Source: Candidatus Latescibacterota bacterium (GTDB lineage: Bacteria > Latescibacterota > UBA2968 > UBA8231). Taken from it: a stretch of 64,000 nt of DNA. The stretch lies in NCBI GenBank assembly GCA_965204725.1, contig OZ242005.1:4000001-4064000 (forward strand). The letters run 5' to 3'. The translations under genes were made by a program, and so were the position numbers. Shown one piece after another: positions 54,477-62,849 of this stretch. The first letter of the stretch is position 1, and each line of letters starts with the position of its first letter. Under the pieces are notes generated by a model. That model was given only the letters and a program-made list of their open reading frames with translations, made no database searches and had not been told where the DNA came from.

Positions 54477-57338
54477 CTACTTCAAGCCGGCGATGATTGA
54501 CAGAAAACTCAAGCCCGAAGTCTCGATCTCGCGGCGTCGCCCAACAACCTCCAGCGAGCGGCGGTCGAGGCGGATACCCACCTGAGTGGTTAGATCATAG
54601 CCTAGGTATTGGCTGGTATTGGTGAGTTGCAACGCCAAAACCGAGCCGCGAAAATCCCCGGTGAAAAGCCCCGCCGCCAGTTCACTTTCTCCTCCTTCGA
54701 GGTCGAAGAAAGTGCGCTGCTCCAAGCCAAACTCAAACTCGGTGGTCTCAAGCACTGGTACGCTACCCACAAAGAAAAAGAGGCCGTCCCAAGAGCGCCG
54801 CGGGTCGAATGCGCGGCTAAAGGGCACCTCGCGTAGGAATTCGCTCTTGAGTTTGGGCCTGAAACTCAGCGACCGCCAGTAAAAAACATATTCTATCTTA
54901 TTGATCAGCCCGACAAAGCCCGAGGTCTGCCGCCCGTCGCGCAAAAATTCTACCTCGCTGTCGCGCTGCCGCCAAGTCTCCCATTTGAAGCGATGCAGGG
55001 TCCGCCACAAACGCGGGCTGGCGTATTCCCAATCGGCGTAAAAAGTGTTGATCCAAGTGTCCGCCGCGGCCAAGGGGTCCAATACCGGCACATTGCTGCC
55101 GGCCGACTCGGCCGGCGCGCCGAATCGGCTCCTAGGGATGACCCATTGCACCAAGTGGTCGGCGATCTCGTCTGCGGCCCTCTTAATCATGTTGAAAATC
55201 CTCAGACGGCCCCACTGCGACCCGCTCTGCTGCCAGAGGAGCATTCCATAGCTCGTCAGGTTGCGGCGGTCGCTCGCCAAGCGGATTTGCCGCAACTGCC
55301 CCACCCTTAGCTCGATACCCGGCGCCACCTCAAGCCCGCCGAAGACGTTATAGCCCCAGTGGTCTCGCTTGTAGGGATAGTCCGGCTCTTGGTCGTTCTC
55401 AAAACGCTCCACCCACCCATTGTTGTTGAGATCAATGCCGAAGAGAAATTCGGGGCGATCGGCGGCATAGCGCAAAAAAGGCTCGTCGTAGTCGGGGAAA
55501 AAATTCACCCGATCGACCGTGCTATTCTGATTGAAATCCGATATGAAGTCGCGGTTCTCGTCGTACCCGGGGAAAACCGCTGGATCGGCCACGCCGCGGA
55601 CCTCGATTGCACTGCGGCGCTCGGTGGGGACAAAGCTGCCCTCGCCCACCCGCAGCCAGTCGGGCTGCCGGTCGTTGTCGTCGTTGTCATCGACAAACTC
55701 GTAGTGCAAGTTGACGGCCTCGGGGGCATAGTCGGACACTCCGTCTCGATTGACCGTCAGGACGCTGGTGCGATACCCGTCTTCCATACCAAACCCCTCG
55801 CCCATAAAACGCAAAGGCCCCTCCCGGAAGGCCAAGTTGACCAACCAGCCTACTTCGTGGCGATCCCCGGCGATGCCGTTGATCGCACGGTGGGAATCGC
55901 GCCCGATGCTGGGGTATTTCCGGTACTGGGTGTTGAGGTTTATTTCGCCGTAAAAATCAAAGCCGTGAAAATCCCGTATCTCGGCCGTCAGCCCGACGAT
56001 CTGGTTGGCTGTCGGCAGCCCGTAATCGAAGACGACCTCGCGTTGGTTCAGTTGGTTTTTGATATTGCCCTCGGCCCGCGCCGCAGGTAAAAATTGCGGT
56101 ACGCCAAATTCGTCGGTCTGCCGATTGGAACTGACCTCGACTCGATAGTCGTTGGCGAGCACGAGGCGGAAACGCACGTCGCGAATGGCACTAATCGCGG
56201 CTTCGGCCTCCGCTAGGGTGAGATCTAAGTGTTGCTGGAAGAGCGCCCGCAGCGTTCCCGCTTCCCCGGTCGTCTCCCTAGGGGCCAAGGGATATTGCAA
56301 AATGATCTGGTCCGCGCCATCGGCCGTTAGAAACCCCCGGTCTCGTCTCCCCCCTTCAATGGTCGGTCTAAAACCAATGCTACTGCTGAGGATGACGGTG
56401 TCTCGCTCCACCTCCACGAGCTGGTCCCGAAGCATCTCCTGACGGCTCAGGGTCGTGCGGATCTCGATCTCCTCGCTGACCAACACCGCACCGCCTTCGC
56501 CGTCTTCTGGCGAGTCGTCCGAGAGCCGCACCAAGAGCAGGTCAACCCGCTGGGCCAACTGCCCCGCCGTCAGAGCCCCCTTGAACACGTTCCCTTGAAA
56601 GCTCTCGTTGCTGCCGGTGTTGTTGTGGCTGTTGACGAAGTTCATCCCCAATGTGAAAGAATCGGTCAGATCGGCTTCGACCCGGCCGGCGGTGAGATTG
56701 GTCGCGTACTGGAAGCGCGCAGTGCCCCCCGACAGGAGCGGAAACGAAATCCGCGAAAAAAGCCCGGTGGCGCGAAAGCGGTCGGCCGCAAAGTCGGCCA
56801 CGACCCCGTTGAACCCGGCCTTGCGGAAGGTCATCGGCGTGAGGGTGGTCCATATCTCGTCGCCGACCATGACCGAATAGCGGTACTGGCCCTTGGTGTC
56901 CCCGGATATAACCAAGCGGCTAAACCAGTTGTTGTACTGGGCACCTTTTCTAACGGAGGAACTCTCGGCGATGAGGGGTTTGGTCTGACGCCAGTCGTAC
57001 ACCAGCCAGCCCCGCGTAATGAGGCGACCAAAGGGATCGTAGAAGAGCGCCCCCTCGGACGAGGGGTCGATATAGCGCTTGTGGGCTTGGCGGGCGTAGT
57101 TGGTGTACTCCCACTGATTGCGGCCAAATTCGCCAAAGAGGGGGGCCGGCATGTACCAGCGCTGCACGGTCGGGTCCAACGCCTCCATATAGGTCGGTAC
57201 GCCGGGCACGTAGTAAATGACGCGATCGCCGACCCGATCCCCCAGACGGCCTCCATAGTCAACTTGCGCAGTGGCTGCCTCCCACAGACCCAACCCGACC
57301 AGAGCAGCCAATGTGATGTACCGCGCCCTCATCCCCAT
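54477..57338 (-). CDS. Large uncharacterised secreted/outer-membrane protein (paralogue 2)
   Basis: 953 aa with signal peptide, co-linear with 57338-60121. Asp/Asn-rich Ca-loop-like motifs and an amphipathic beta-strand C-terminus. Confidence 0.7.
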   Translation of the reverse strand: MGMRARYITLAALVGLGLWEAATAQVDYGGRLGDRVGDRVIYYVPGVPTYMEALDPTVQRWYMPAPLFGEFGRNQWEYTNYARQAHKRYIDPSSEGALFYDPFGRLITRGWLVYDWRQTKPLIAESSSVRKGAQYNNWFSRLVISGDTKGQYRYSVMVGDEIWTTLTPMTFRKAGFNGVVADFAADRFRATGLFSRISFPLLSGGTARFQYATNLTAGRVEADLTDSFTLGMNFVNSHNNTGSNESFQGNVFKGALTAGQLAQRVDLLLVRLSDDSPEDGEGGAVLVSEEIEIRTTLSRQEMLRDQLVEVERDTVILSSSIGFRPTIEGGRRDRGFLTADGADQIILQYPLAPRETTGEAGTLRALFQQHLDLTLAEAEAAISAIRDVRFRLVLANDYRVEVSSNRQTDEFGVPQFLPAARAEGNIKNQLNQREVVFDYGLPTANQIVGLTAEIRDFHGFDFYGEINLNTQYRKYPSIGRDSHRAINGIAGDRHEVGWLVNLAFREGPLRFMGEGFGMEDGYRTSVLTVNRDGVSDYAPEAVNLHYEFVDDNDDNDRQPDWLRVGEGSFVPTERRSAIEVRGVADPAVFPGYDENRDFISDFNQNSTVDRVNFFPDYDEPFLRYAADRPEFLFGIDLNNNGWVERFENDQEPDYPYKRDHWGYNVFGGLEVAPGIELRVGQLRQIRLASDRRNLTSYGMLLWQQSGSQWGRLRIFNMIKRAADEIADHLVQWVIPRSRFGAPAESAGSNVPVLDPLAAADTWINTFYADWEYASPRLWRTLHRFKWETWRQRDSEVEFLRDGRQTSGFVGLINKIEYVFYWRSLSFRPKLKSEFLREVPFSRAFDPRRSWDGLFFFVGSVPVLETTEFEFGLEQRTFFDLEGGESELAAGLFTGDFRGSVLALQLTNTSQYLGYDLTTQVGIRLDRRSLEVVGRRREIETSGLSFLSIIAGLK

Positions 57339-60121
57339 TACAATCCGGCATAAATGGTGATAAAGCTAGTCGTCTCGGTCCGGCCTTGGGTGCGTTTGCC
57401 AAAGACCCGGGGTTCTACCTCGCGCACCGCCTCGGTGAAGGTGCGGCCGAGGCGTAGGCCGAGTTGCGTCGTCAGCTTGTATCCCAAATAGTTCGAGTTG
57501 TTGGTTAGCTGCACCGCAAAAACCGCAGAGCGCAAATCTCCGGTCTCTTCGGCCACGCCCTGCGCGACCATATCCTCCTCTTGCTGGACCAGATCGTTGA
57601 ACTGGGCCAACTCGATCCCTAAGTCAATCGCGCTGCTGTTGAGTAGGGGCACTTGGGCCAAAAGCGAGACAATTCCAGTCCATTGCTTTAGGTCTTCTTC
57701 GGCCAGCACAAAGGCGTCTTGACGGAAGTACTCGCTTTTGAGCCTCGGCTGGAGGATAAAGTGCCCTAGGTGCAGCTTGTACTCGAATTTGTTGATCAAA
57801 CCCAAGAGGGAGGGCGAGCGGGCCAGTATCCGGCCGTTGATGTCGCGGGCCTCGTCTTGGGCTTGGTTGTAGTGCTCGTATTTGAGTTTGTTGACGATCT
57901 CAAAATTGGCAATCGCTGTGTAGTCTAACCCCAGCCACGCGGTGTTGATCCACGTGTCGGGAAAGGCGAGGATATCCGCCACCAGCGGCGGTGTGGGCGC
58001 GTCGAGGAAGGCCAGCGGCGCCCGCCGAGCGTCGGGGATGGTGTCCGCGACCCGCTTGAGCCTATCGAAGACCCGCACCCGCCCCAACCCGGGATAGTCC
58101 TTGTCAAGGGTGAACATGGCGTACGCGATTTGGTTGTCGCGGTCGTCCGAGAGCATGCGCTCGTCGAGCCGCCCCACCAGCAAGCGCGCCTCGGGCCAGA
58201 GGTGAACGCCAAAAAAGACGTTGTACCCGCGCCTATCGGGCTTATAGGGATAGTCGGCCAACTCGTCATCCTCAAAGCGGTCGATCCAGCCGTTGTTGTT
58301 GAGGTCGATGCCAAAGAGGAATTCGGGCCGATCGACGTGATAGCGCAAAAACGGCTCTTCGTAGTCGGGAATGGAGTTGGGCACGGAGCGGTTGTCGTTT
58401 TGGTTGAAGTCGGAAATGAAGTCGAGGTTTTCGTCCCAGCCGGGAAACACCTCCCGGTCATTCGACTGCGAGCCGACCCGCGCCCAGTCGGGCTGGCGGT
58501 CTTGGTCGTCGTTGTCCGCGACAAATTCGTACACCGAGCGTATGGGGTCGTCGTAGAAAACATCCCCTTCGGGCCGGGAGACAAAAGCCGAGGTCGAATA
58601 GTCGGCATCCACCGAATAGGCTTCGCCATAAGCAAAAAACGGATAGGCTTCTTTGGACAGGTTGAAGATGGTGGCCTGGCCGCTCTCCGCAGACACCTCG
58701 TGCCCTTCGTTGGCATTGAACAGGGCGGCATTGGGGTACTGAAAATAGCGCAGGTTGTTGTTCCATTCGCCGTAGAAATCAAAGCCCCACACGTTCTTGC
58801 CTTCAATGGTGAATCCGGCGACCATGTTGGCCGAGGGCAAGCCGTAGTTAAAAAGAACCCGCTGGGCGTTGGATATATCCTTTATATTGCCGTCGGCCCG
58901 CCGTATGGCGATGAGCACTGGCTCGGCTTCTTCAATGACTTGGTTGGTCAGCGGCGGCGGCGGCACCGGGCGCGTACCCGTTTGCAGATTGGACCACATT
59001 TCGACCTTGAAGTCGTTGGCGAGCACATAGTCGAACTCCACCTCGACTAGGGTGGTTAAATCCGGCCCTATATACGCCGGGTCCGTAAAGTCGTAATTGA
59101 GGATGATCCGCTCGCTGCCGTCGGCGGCCAAAAAGCCCGTGCGCTGAAAGCCGCCAAACACAGTAGGCCACTCCGCCCCCTCGCGCACCACCTCGTCCAA
59201 CGTCAAGACGGTCTCTAGACCCGTTTCAAAATCGCGGCTCTTGATGCGTATGTCGTGGCTGAAAAGGGCCGCACCGCCCGCTTCGTCTGCGGGGCTGTCG
59301 TCGCTGAGGACGATGGCTATCGCCGTAACCGGCGTGCTGGTCTGGCCCGAGGTGAGGTTCCCCGCGAGGAGATTGCCTTCAAACATGTCCAAGGCGGTAT
59401 TGGCGTTGTGGGCGTTGACCACGGTCCCGCCCACCGTAATAAAGTCGCCCACCTGAGCGAGTGCCCGGCCCCCGAACAGGGAGGTCGAGTTGGATTGCCG
59501 TCTAGGGTTGATGGTCACCCCTACGGCCGGGTCGTTGATGCGCGAGGCCAGCACGGTGGCGGCGTATTTGTCCGCGGCGAAGTCGATCTGGACGCCGTTG
59601 AAGTTCGGCTTGGAAAAGGTCATCGGCGTCAGGGTGGTGCGTATCGCATTGCCCACGGTAATGGCGTAGGAATACTGGCCCTTTGAGTCGCCGCTTACGG
59701 TCACCGAACTGAAGAATTGCTCGAATTGGCGGCCCTTGAAGATGCCGCTGCCCAGCTCTTGGGGCTGGTCTTGACGCCAGTCGTACACCAGCCAGCCGCG
59801 GTTGATGTAGTTGCCAAAAAAGTCGTAGAAGTAGTCGCCCTCTAGGTTGGTGTTGATATAGCGCTGATACTGGTCGCGGGCGTAGTTGGAGTACTTCCAT
59901 TGACGCCACTTGAACTCGTAGTACAGCTCTTGGGGAACGTACCACTTCTGGACGGCCGGATCGAGCGCTCCAAAGAGGACGCCTGGGCCTCGGGGCTCAA
60001 AGCTGACTTGGCCGCCGCGCTGAATCCCTAGGCGAGTGCCGTAGTCTTGGGCGTGGAGTACGGTTTGGGACGCGACCAACAGCGCTAGCCCAATCGTTAA
60101 ATTCGCTCCGCGGACATTCAA
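57338..60121 (-). CDS. Large uncharacterised secreted/outer-membrane protein (paralogue 1)
   Basis: 927 aa, TTG start after GGGAGG, signal peptide. Shares GWLVYDWRQ, TTLTPMTF, LSDDSP, YGLP.AN, FPG.DEN.DFISDFNQN and PEFLFGIDLNNNGW with paralogue 2. TAATG coupling to the next gene. Confidence 0.7.
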   Translation of the reverse strand: MNVRGANLTIGLALLVASQTVLHAQDYGTRLGIQRGGQVSFEPRGPGVLFGALDPAVQKWYVPQELYYEFKWRQWKYSNYARDQYQRYINTNLEGDYFYDFFGNYINRGWLVYDWRQDQPQELGSGIFKGRQFEQFFSSVTVSGDSKGQYSYAITVGNAIRTTLTPMTFSKPNFNGVQIDFAADKYAATVLASRINDPAVGVTINPRRQSNSTSLFGGRALAQVGDFITVGGTVVNAHNANTALDMFEGNLLAGNLTSGQTSTPVTAIAIVLSDDSPADEAGGAALFSHDIRIKSRDFETGLETVLTLDEVVREGAEWPTVFGGFQRTGFLAADGSERIILNYDFTDPAYIGPDLTTLVEVEFDYVLANDFKVEMWSNLQTGTRPVPPPPLTNQVIEEAEPVLIAIRRADGNIKDISNAQRVLFNYGLPSANMVAGFTIEGKNVWGFDFYGEWNNNLRYFQYPNAALFNANEGHEVSAESGQATIFNLSKEAYPFFAYGEAYSVDADYSTSAFVSRPEGDVFYDDPIRSVYEFVADNDDQDRQPDWARVGSQSNDREVFPGWDENLDFISDFNQNDNRSVPNSIPDYEEPFLRYHVDRPEFLFGIDLNNNGWIDRFEDDELADYPYKPDRRGYNVFFGVHLWPEARLLVGRLDERMLSDDRDNQIAYAMFTLDKDYPGLGRVRVFDRLKRVADTIPDARRAPLAFLDAPTPPLVADILAFPDTWINTAWLGLDYTAIANFEIVNKLKYEHYNQAQDEARDINGRILARSPSLLGLINKFEYKLHLGHFILQPRLKSEYFRQDAFVLAEEDLKQWTGIVSLLAQVPLLNSSAIDLGIELAQFNDLVQQEEDMVAQGVAEETGDLRSAVFAVQLTNNSNYLGYKLTTQLGLRLGRTFTEAVREVEPRVFGKRTQGRTETTSFITIYAGL

Positions 60122-60184
60122 TGCCGCACCCTCCCAATTCTGCGTGATAAAAGTTCATGGCGCGGGAATTCCCCGCGCCTAGCA

Positions 60185-62419
60185 TCAATACGCGACCCCG
60201 ACAATCCCCAACCGCTTTTCCTCGCCGGTCCCCGCATCCAACGCAACAGAAAAGATATAGTGCCCCGGCGGGACTGCGTCGTCCGCATCGTCGCGCCCGT
60301 CCCAAAAGCGGGGGAATCGACCGCTCATATCCAAGCCTTCGTACAGGGTGCGGACCAACCGGCCACTCAAATCGTAGATCCGGAGCCGCACCCGGGTTGG
60401 GTGGGCGATATTGGTTATATCGTAGGTAATGGCCGTGCGCTCGTTGGCCCCGTCGCCATTGGGGGTAAAAACGCCGGGGACGGCCGCCACATTCACGAGC
60501 AGCTCGTCGGTGATCGGCACGTTGACAAAGAGGTTTTCTGGATCGAGAGTGCCCACGGCTCGGCGATCGGGATCATCCAGACCCTCCCGACTCAAATCCG
60601 CTGCATTACCCGCCAACACTACTTGACCCAGCACTGCGTTGTCGGCGTTGAGTGCCCGGCCGGCAAAGCGAGTCCCCAAGCGCAGGACCGTATTCTCAAA
60701 TTCTAAGGTCAAAAGAGCTCCATCCTCCGCAATCCGCTCAAAGGCCATGACAAAGCCGTCGTCGCGCACTGCCACCACGCTAAAACCGTTTTGCTCGACC
60801 GGGAGAGCCGCGAGGGACGAGCCGGAAAAATCCGCCGCTTCTGCCGTGCCATCGGGCCGGCGTATTTCCACTCGGCCAATCGACGCGGTGCGCAGCGGGG
60901 TGCTGATTTCAAAGCGGTCAAAGCCCGCGTTCTGGGCCGTGGATTTGACCAAGACGCTGTAGGTGAAGCGGGTGGCTTGGCCCAAAATGGCGGTGCGGGG
61001 CAGAATCTCGGCGATGAGGGAGTCGGCAAATACCGGCCGGAAAACATCCCAAGCCACCCCGCCGATGCCAGTCGCGGCATCGACCTCCGCGTTGAAGAAT
61101 TCGAGCATGACTTGAAAATAGCGCCGCGGGCTAGGCGACACGATCAGCGCTCCCGCTCCTTGGACCTGAAGTTGGTCTGGGGCGACAATACCCTCGGGCG
61201 AATAGGGGGGCGACCACGGGCTCCAGTTGGTTAGGTCGTCGCGAATCACCGATTTTTGGCCGCTCGCCAGCTTGTTGTAAGCCGCCTCGTCGAGGGTGAT
61301 CTGGGACCGCTGTGCAAAAGGCAACTGACCAAACGTCAAAAGTGCCTCGCGCCCGTCCATCTCTTCGTTGTCGAGGACATTGGCGATCAGACTTTTGAGT
61401 TCGCTGTCTTCTACGTCTTCGGCTCGCTGCCAAGGCGCGTTGATGGGGATGTCGAAAACCGTATCGCCCCGCTGTTCAACCCGGCCCGAGGATTGCTTGC
61501 CGACCCGAGTGAACTCGACCGGCTGGGGATCATCCCCACTGCGGGTGCGGACCAGCACCCTAGAGCGAGTTGGATCGCCCACCTGCTCTTCGAGCCAGCG
61601 CAAGCGGCCCAAAAGCGCTTGGTCGCCAAAATCGAATACATTGGAAATGTACACGGCCTGCGGCACAAACCCCTCGCTAAACACTTGGAACTCGGCGATC
61701 TCAAAATCTGCGGCCGTCAGGGACTTGAGCCGCAAAAAGCGCACGAAGCGAGTGGGAATTCGCACATCCACCACCGCTTCTTGGTTTTGCCCCTCAAAGG
61801 CGACCGTTTCCCAGATTAGACTGCCCTCGCGGCGCGATTCGGGTCGGCCATCGTTGACGAAAATTTCGTAGCCCTTCAAAAAGTCGTCTTGGGACTGGAA
61901 ATCCGGGGCCGGAAAGGCCGGGTCGGCATTGCGGGGGAAAAATTTGAACCGATTGACGCCAAAGATGGCCCCCAAGTCGAACTCGATGAGGAGGCCAAAG
62001 GCCCCGGTGCCCCCGGTGCCCGAGGATTTCACTGCCAAGGCGGTATTGCCGTCGTCGTCGAACATCTGGGGAAAGTCGGCTTCGAGAAACCGAAAGGAGG
62101 GGATGGGCGTAAGGACGCTGCCCCCGCGTTCCTTAGAATTGACGCCGATCAATATGTTGTCCGTGGTATCGGCCTGCTGCGGAAAGATCCATTGGGCGCG
62201 GTCAACGGGCGCAAAGTCAATGACGCCGCCGGGCGTATTGGACTGATCAACGGTCGCCGGGTCGAGGATGACGAGCGCTGGAATCGCCCCACCGCCACTC
62301 TCCCAAGACAACCCCCCCTCGCCCCCTAGCTGGACGACCTCCAGTTCGGCGTCAACAGGTACACTCAATGCTCCGAGCACTGAGAACAGGATAAGCACCC
62401 TATGGATCATGGTTGGCAT
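60185..62419 (-). CDS. Secreted protein with discoidin-like domain and C-terminal T9SS-CTD/FlgD-Ig-like domain
   Basis: Signal peptide, FDLG....RF.FFPR, FEIAEFQVF..GF, RTRSGDD, WSPWSPP, SPSPRRY and FTPNGDG.N...IYDLSGR...WDGRD....PPG.Y. Ends in Tyr. Start is 62419 or 62410. Confidence 0.75.
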   Translation of the reverse strand: MPTMIHRVLILFSVLGALSVPVDAELEVVQLGGEGGLSWESGGGAIPALVILDPATVDQSNTPGGVIDFAPVDRAQWIFPQQADTTDNILIGVNSKERGGSVLTPIPSFRFLEADFPQMFDDDGNTALAVKSSGTGGTGAFGLLIEFDLGAIFGVNRFKFFPRNADPAFPAPDFQSQDDFLKGYEIFVNDGRPESRREGSLIWETVAFEGQNQEAVVDVRIPTRFVRFLRLKSLTAADFEIAEFQVFSEGFVPQAVYISNVFDFGDQALLGRLRWLEEQVGDPTRSRVLVRTRSGDDPQPVEFTRVGKQSSGRVEQRGDTVFDIPINAPWQRAEDVEDSELKSLIANVLDNEEMDGREALLTFGQLPFAQRSQITLDEAAYNKLASGQKSVIRDDLTNWSPWSPPYSPEGIVAPDQLQVQGAGALIVSPSPRRYFQVMLEFFNAEVDAATGIGGVAWDVFRPVFADSLIAEILPRTAILGQATRFTYSVLVKSTAQNAGFDRFEISTPLRTASIGRVEIRRPDGTAEAADFSGSSLAALPVEQNGFSVVAVRDDGFVMAFERIAEDGALLTLEFENTVLRLGTRFAGRALNADNAVLGQVVLAGNAADLSREGLDDPDRRAVGTLDPENLFVNVPITDELLVNVAAVPGVFTPNGDGANERTAITYDITNIAHPTRVRLRIYDLSGRLVRTLYEGLDMSGRFPRFWDGRDDADDAVPPGHYIFSVALDAGTGEEKRLGIVGVAY

Positions 62420-62599
62420 ATAGCCATCCTAAATGACTTGCAAGCATGTAGAGATGCTTCGACTTCGCTCCGCTGCGCTCAGCATGACACACAGACGGGG
62501 GCTTCGTCCCCCAAACCTTGTCATACTGAGCGCAGCGAAGTATCTCATACCCAAAACGCCATGCAGAACATCCCGTATGAAGGATGTAGGACGGCTATA
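62419..62599. mobile_element. MITE-like element, TATAGC family, complete, carrying a GTCA-type REP pair
   Basis: TIRs TATAGCCATCCTA / TAGGACGGCTATA (12 of 13 match). Body matches 3247-3380. Confidence 0.8.
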
Positions 62600-62731
62600 T
62601 CTTCCGACGCCTCCTCTGCAAGGCAAGTAACTGTATGAAATACGAAAGGATACATCAACCAAAATCCAGCGACTACCCAAGCGCCCAAGATGGACAATAC
62701 CGCGTGTCTTCTCATATACTAACGGCTCGGT

Positions 62732-62834
62732 CTAAGTACGCGACACTTACTTTGAGTATGCCTTTTCTGCTGTTTCCGCTACGTCCGGGATCGAGGGCGT
62801 CCCGCCCTCGACGAGGGCAAGATGCCCTCGATCC
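62732..62834. mobile_element. Truncated inverted copy of the 136-bp MITE-like element
   Basis: CTAAGTACGCGACAC...GGATCGAGGGCGTCCCGCCCTCGACGAGGGCAAGATGCCCTCGATCC is the reverse complement of the element at 32712-32847. Confidence 0.8.
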
Positions 62835-62849
62835 TTAGAAAGGCGATCC

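Noticed and set aside
9542-62834. Recurrent palindromic repeats as a CRISPR array or integron attC sites
   Set aside because: Copies are dispersed singly, with no repeat-spacer periodicity, no cas or integrase gene, and no RYYYAAC/GTTRRRY attC ends. They fit MITE/REP elements.
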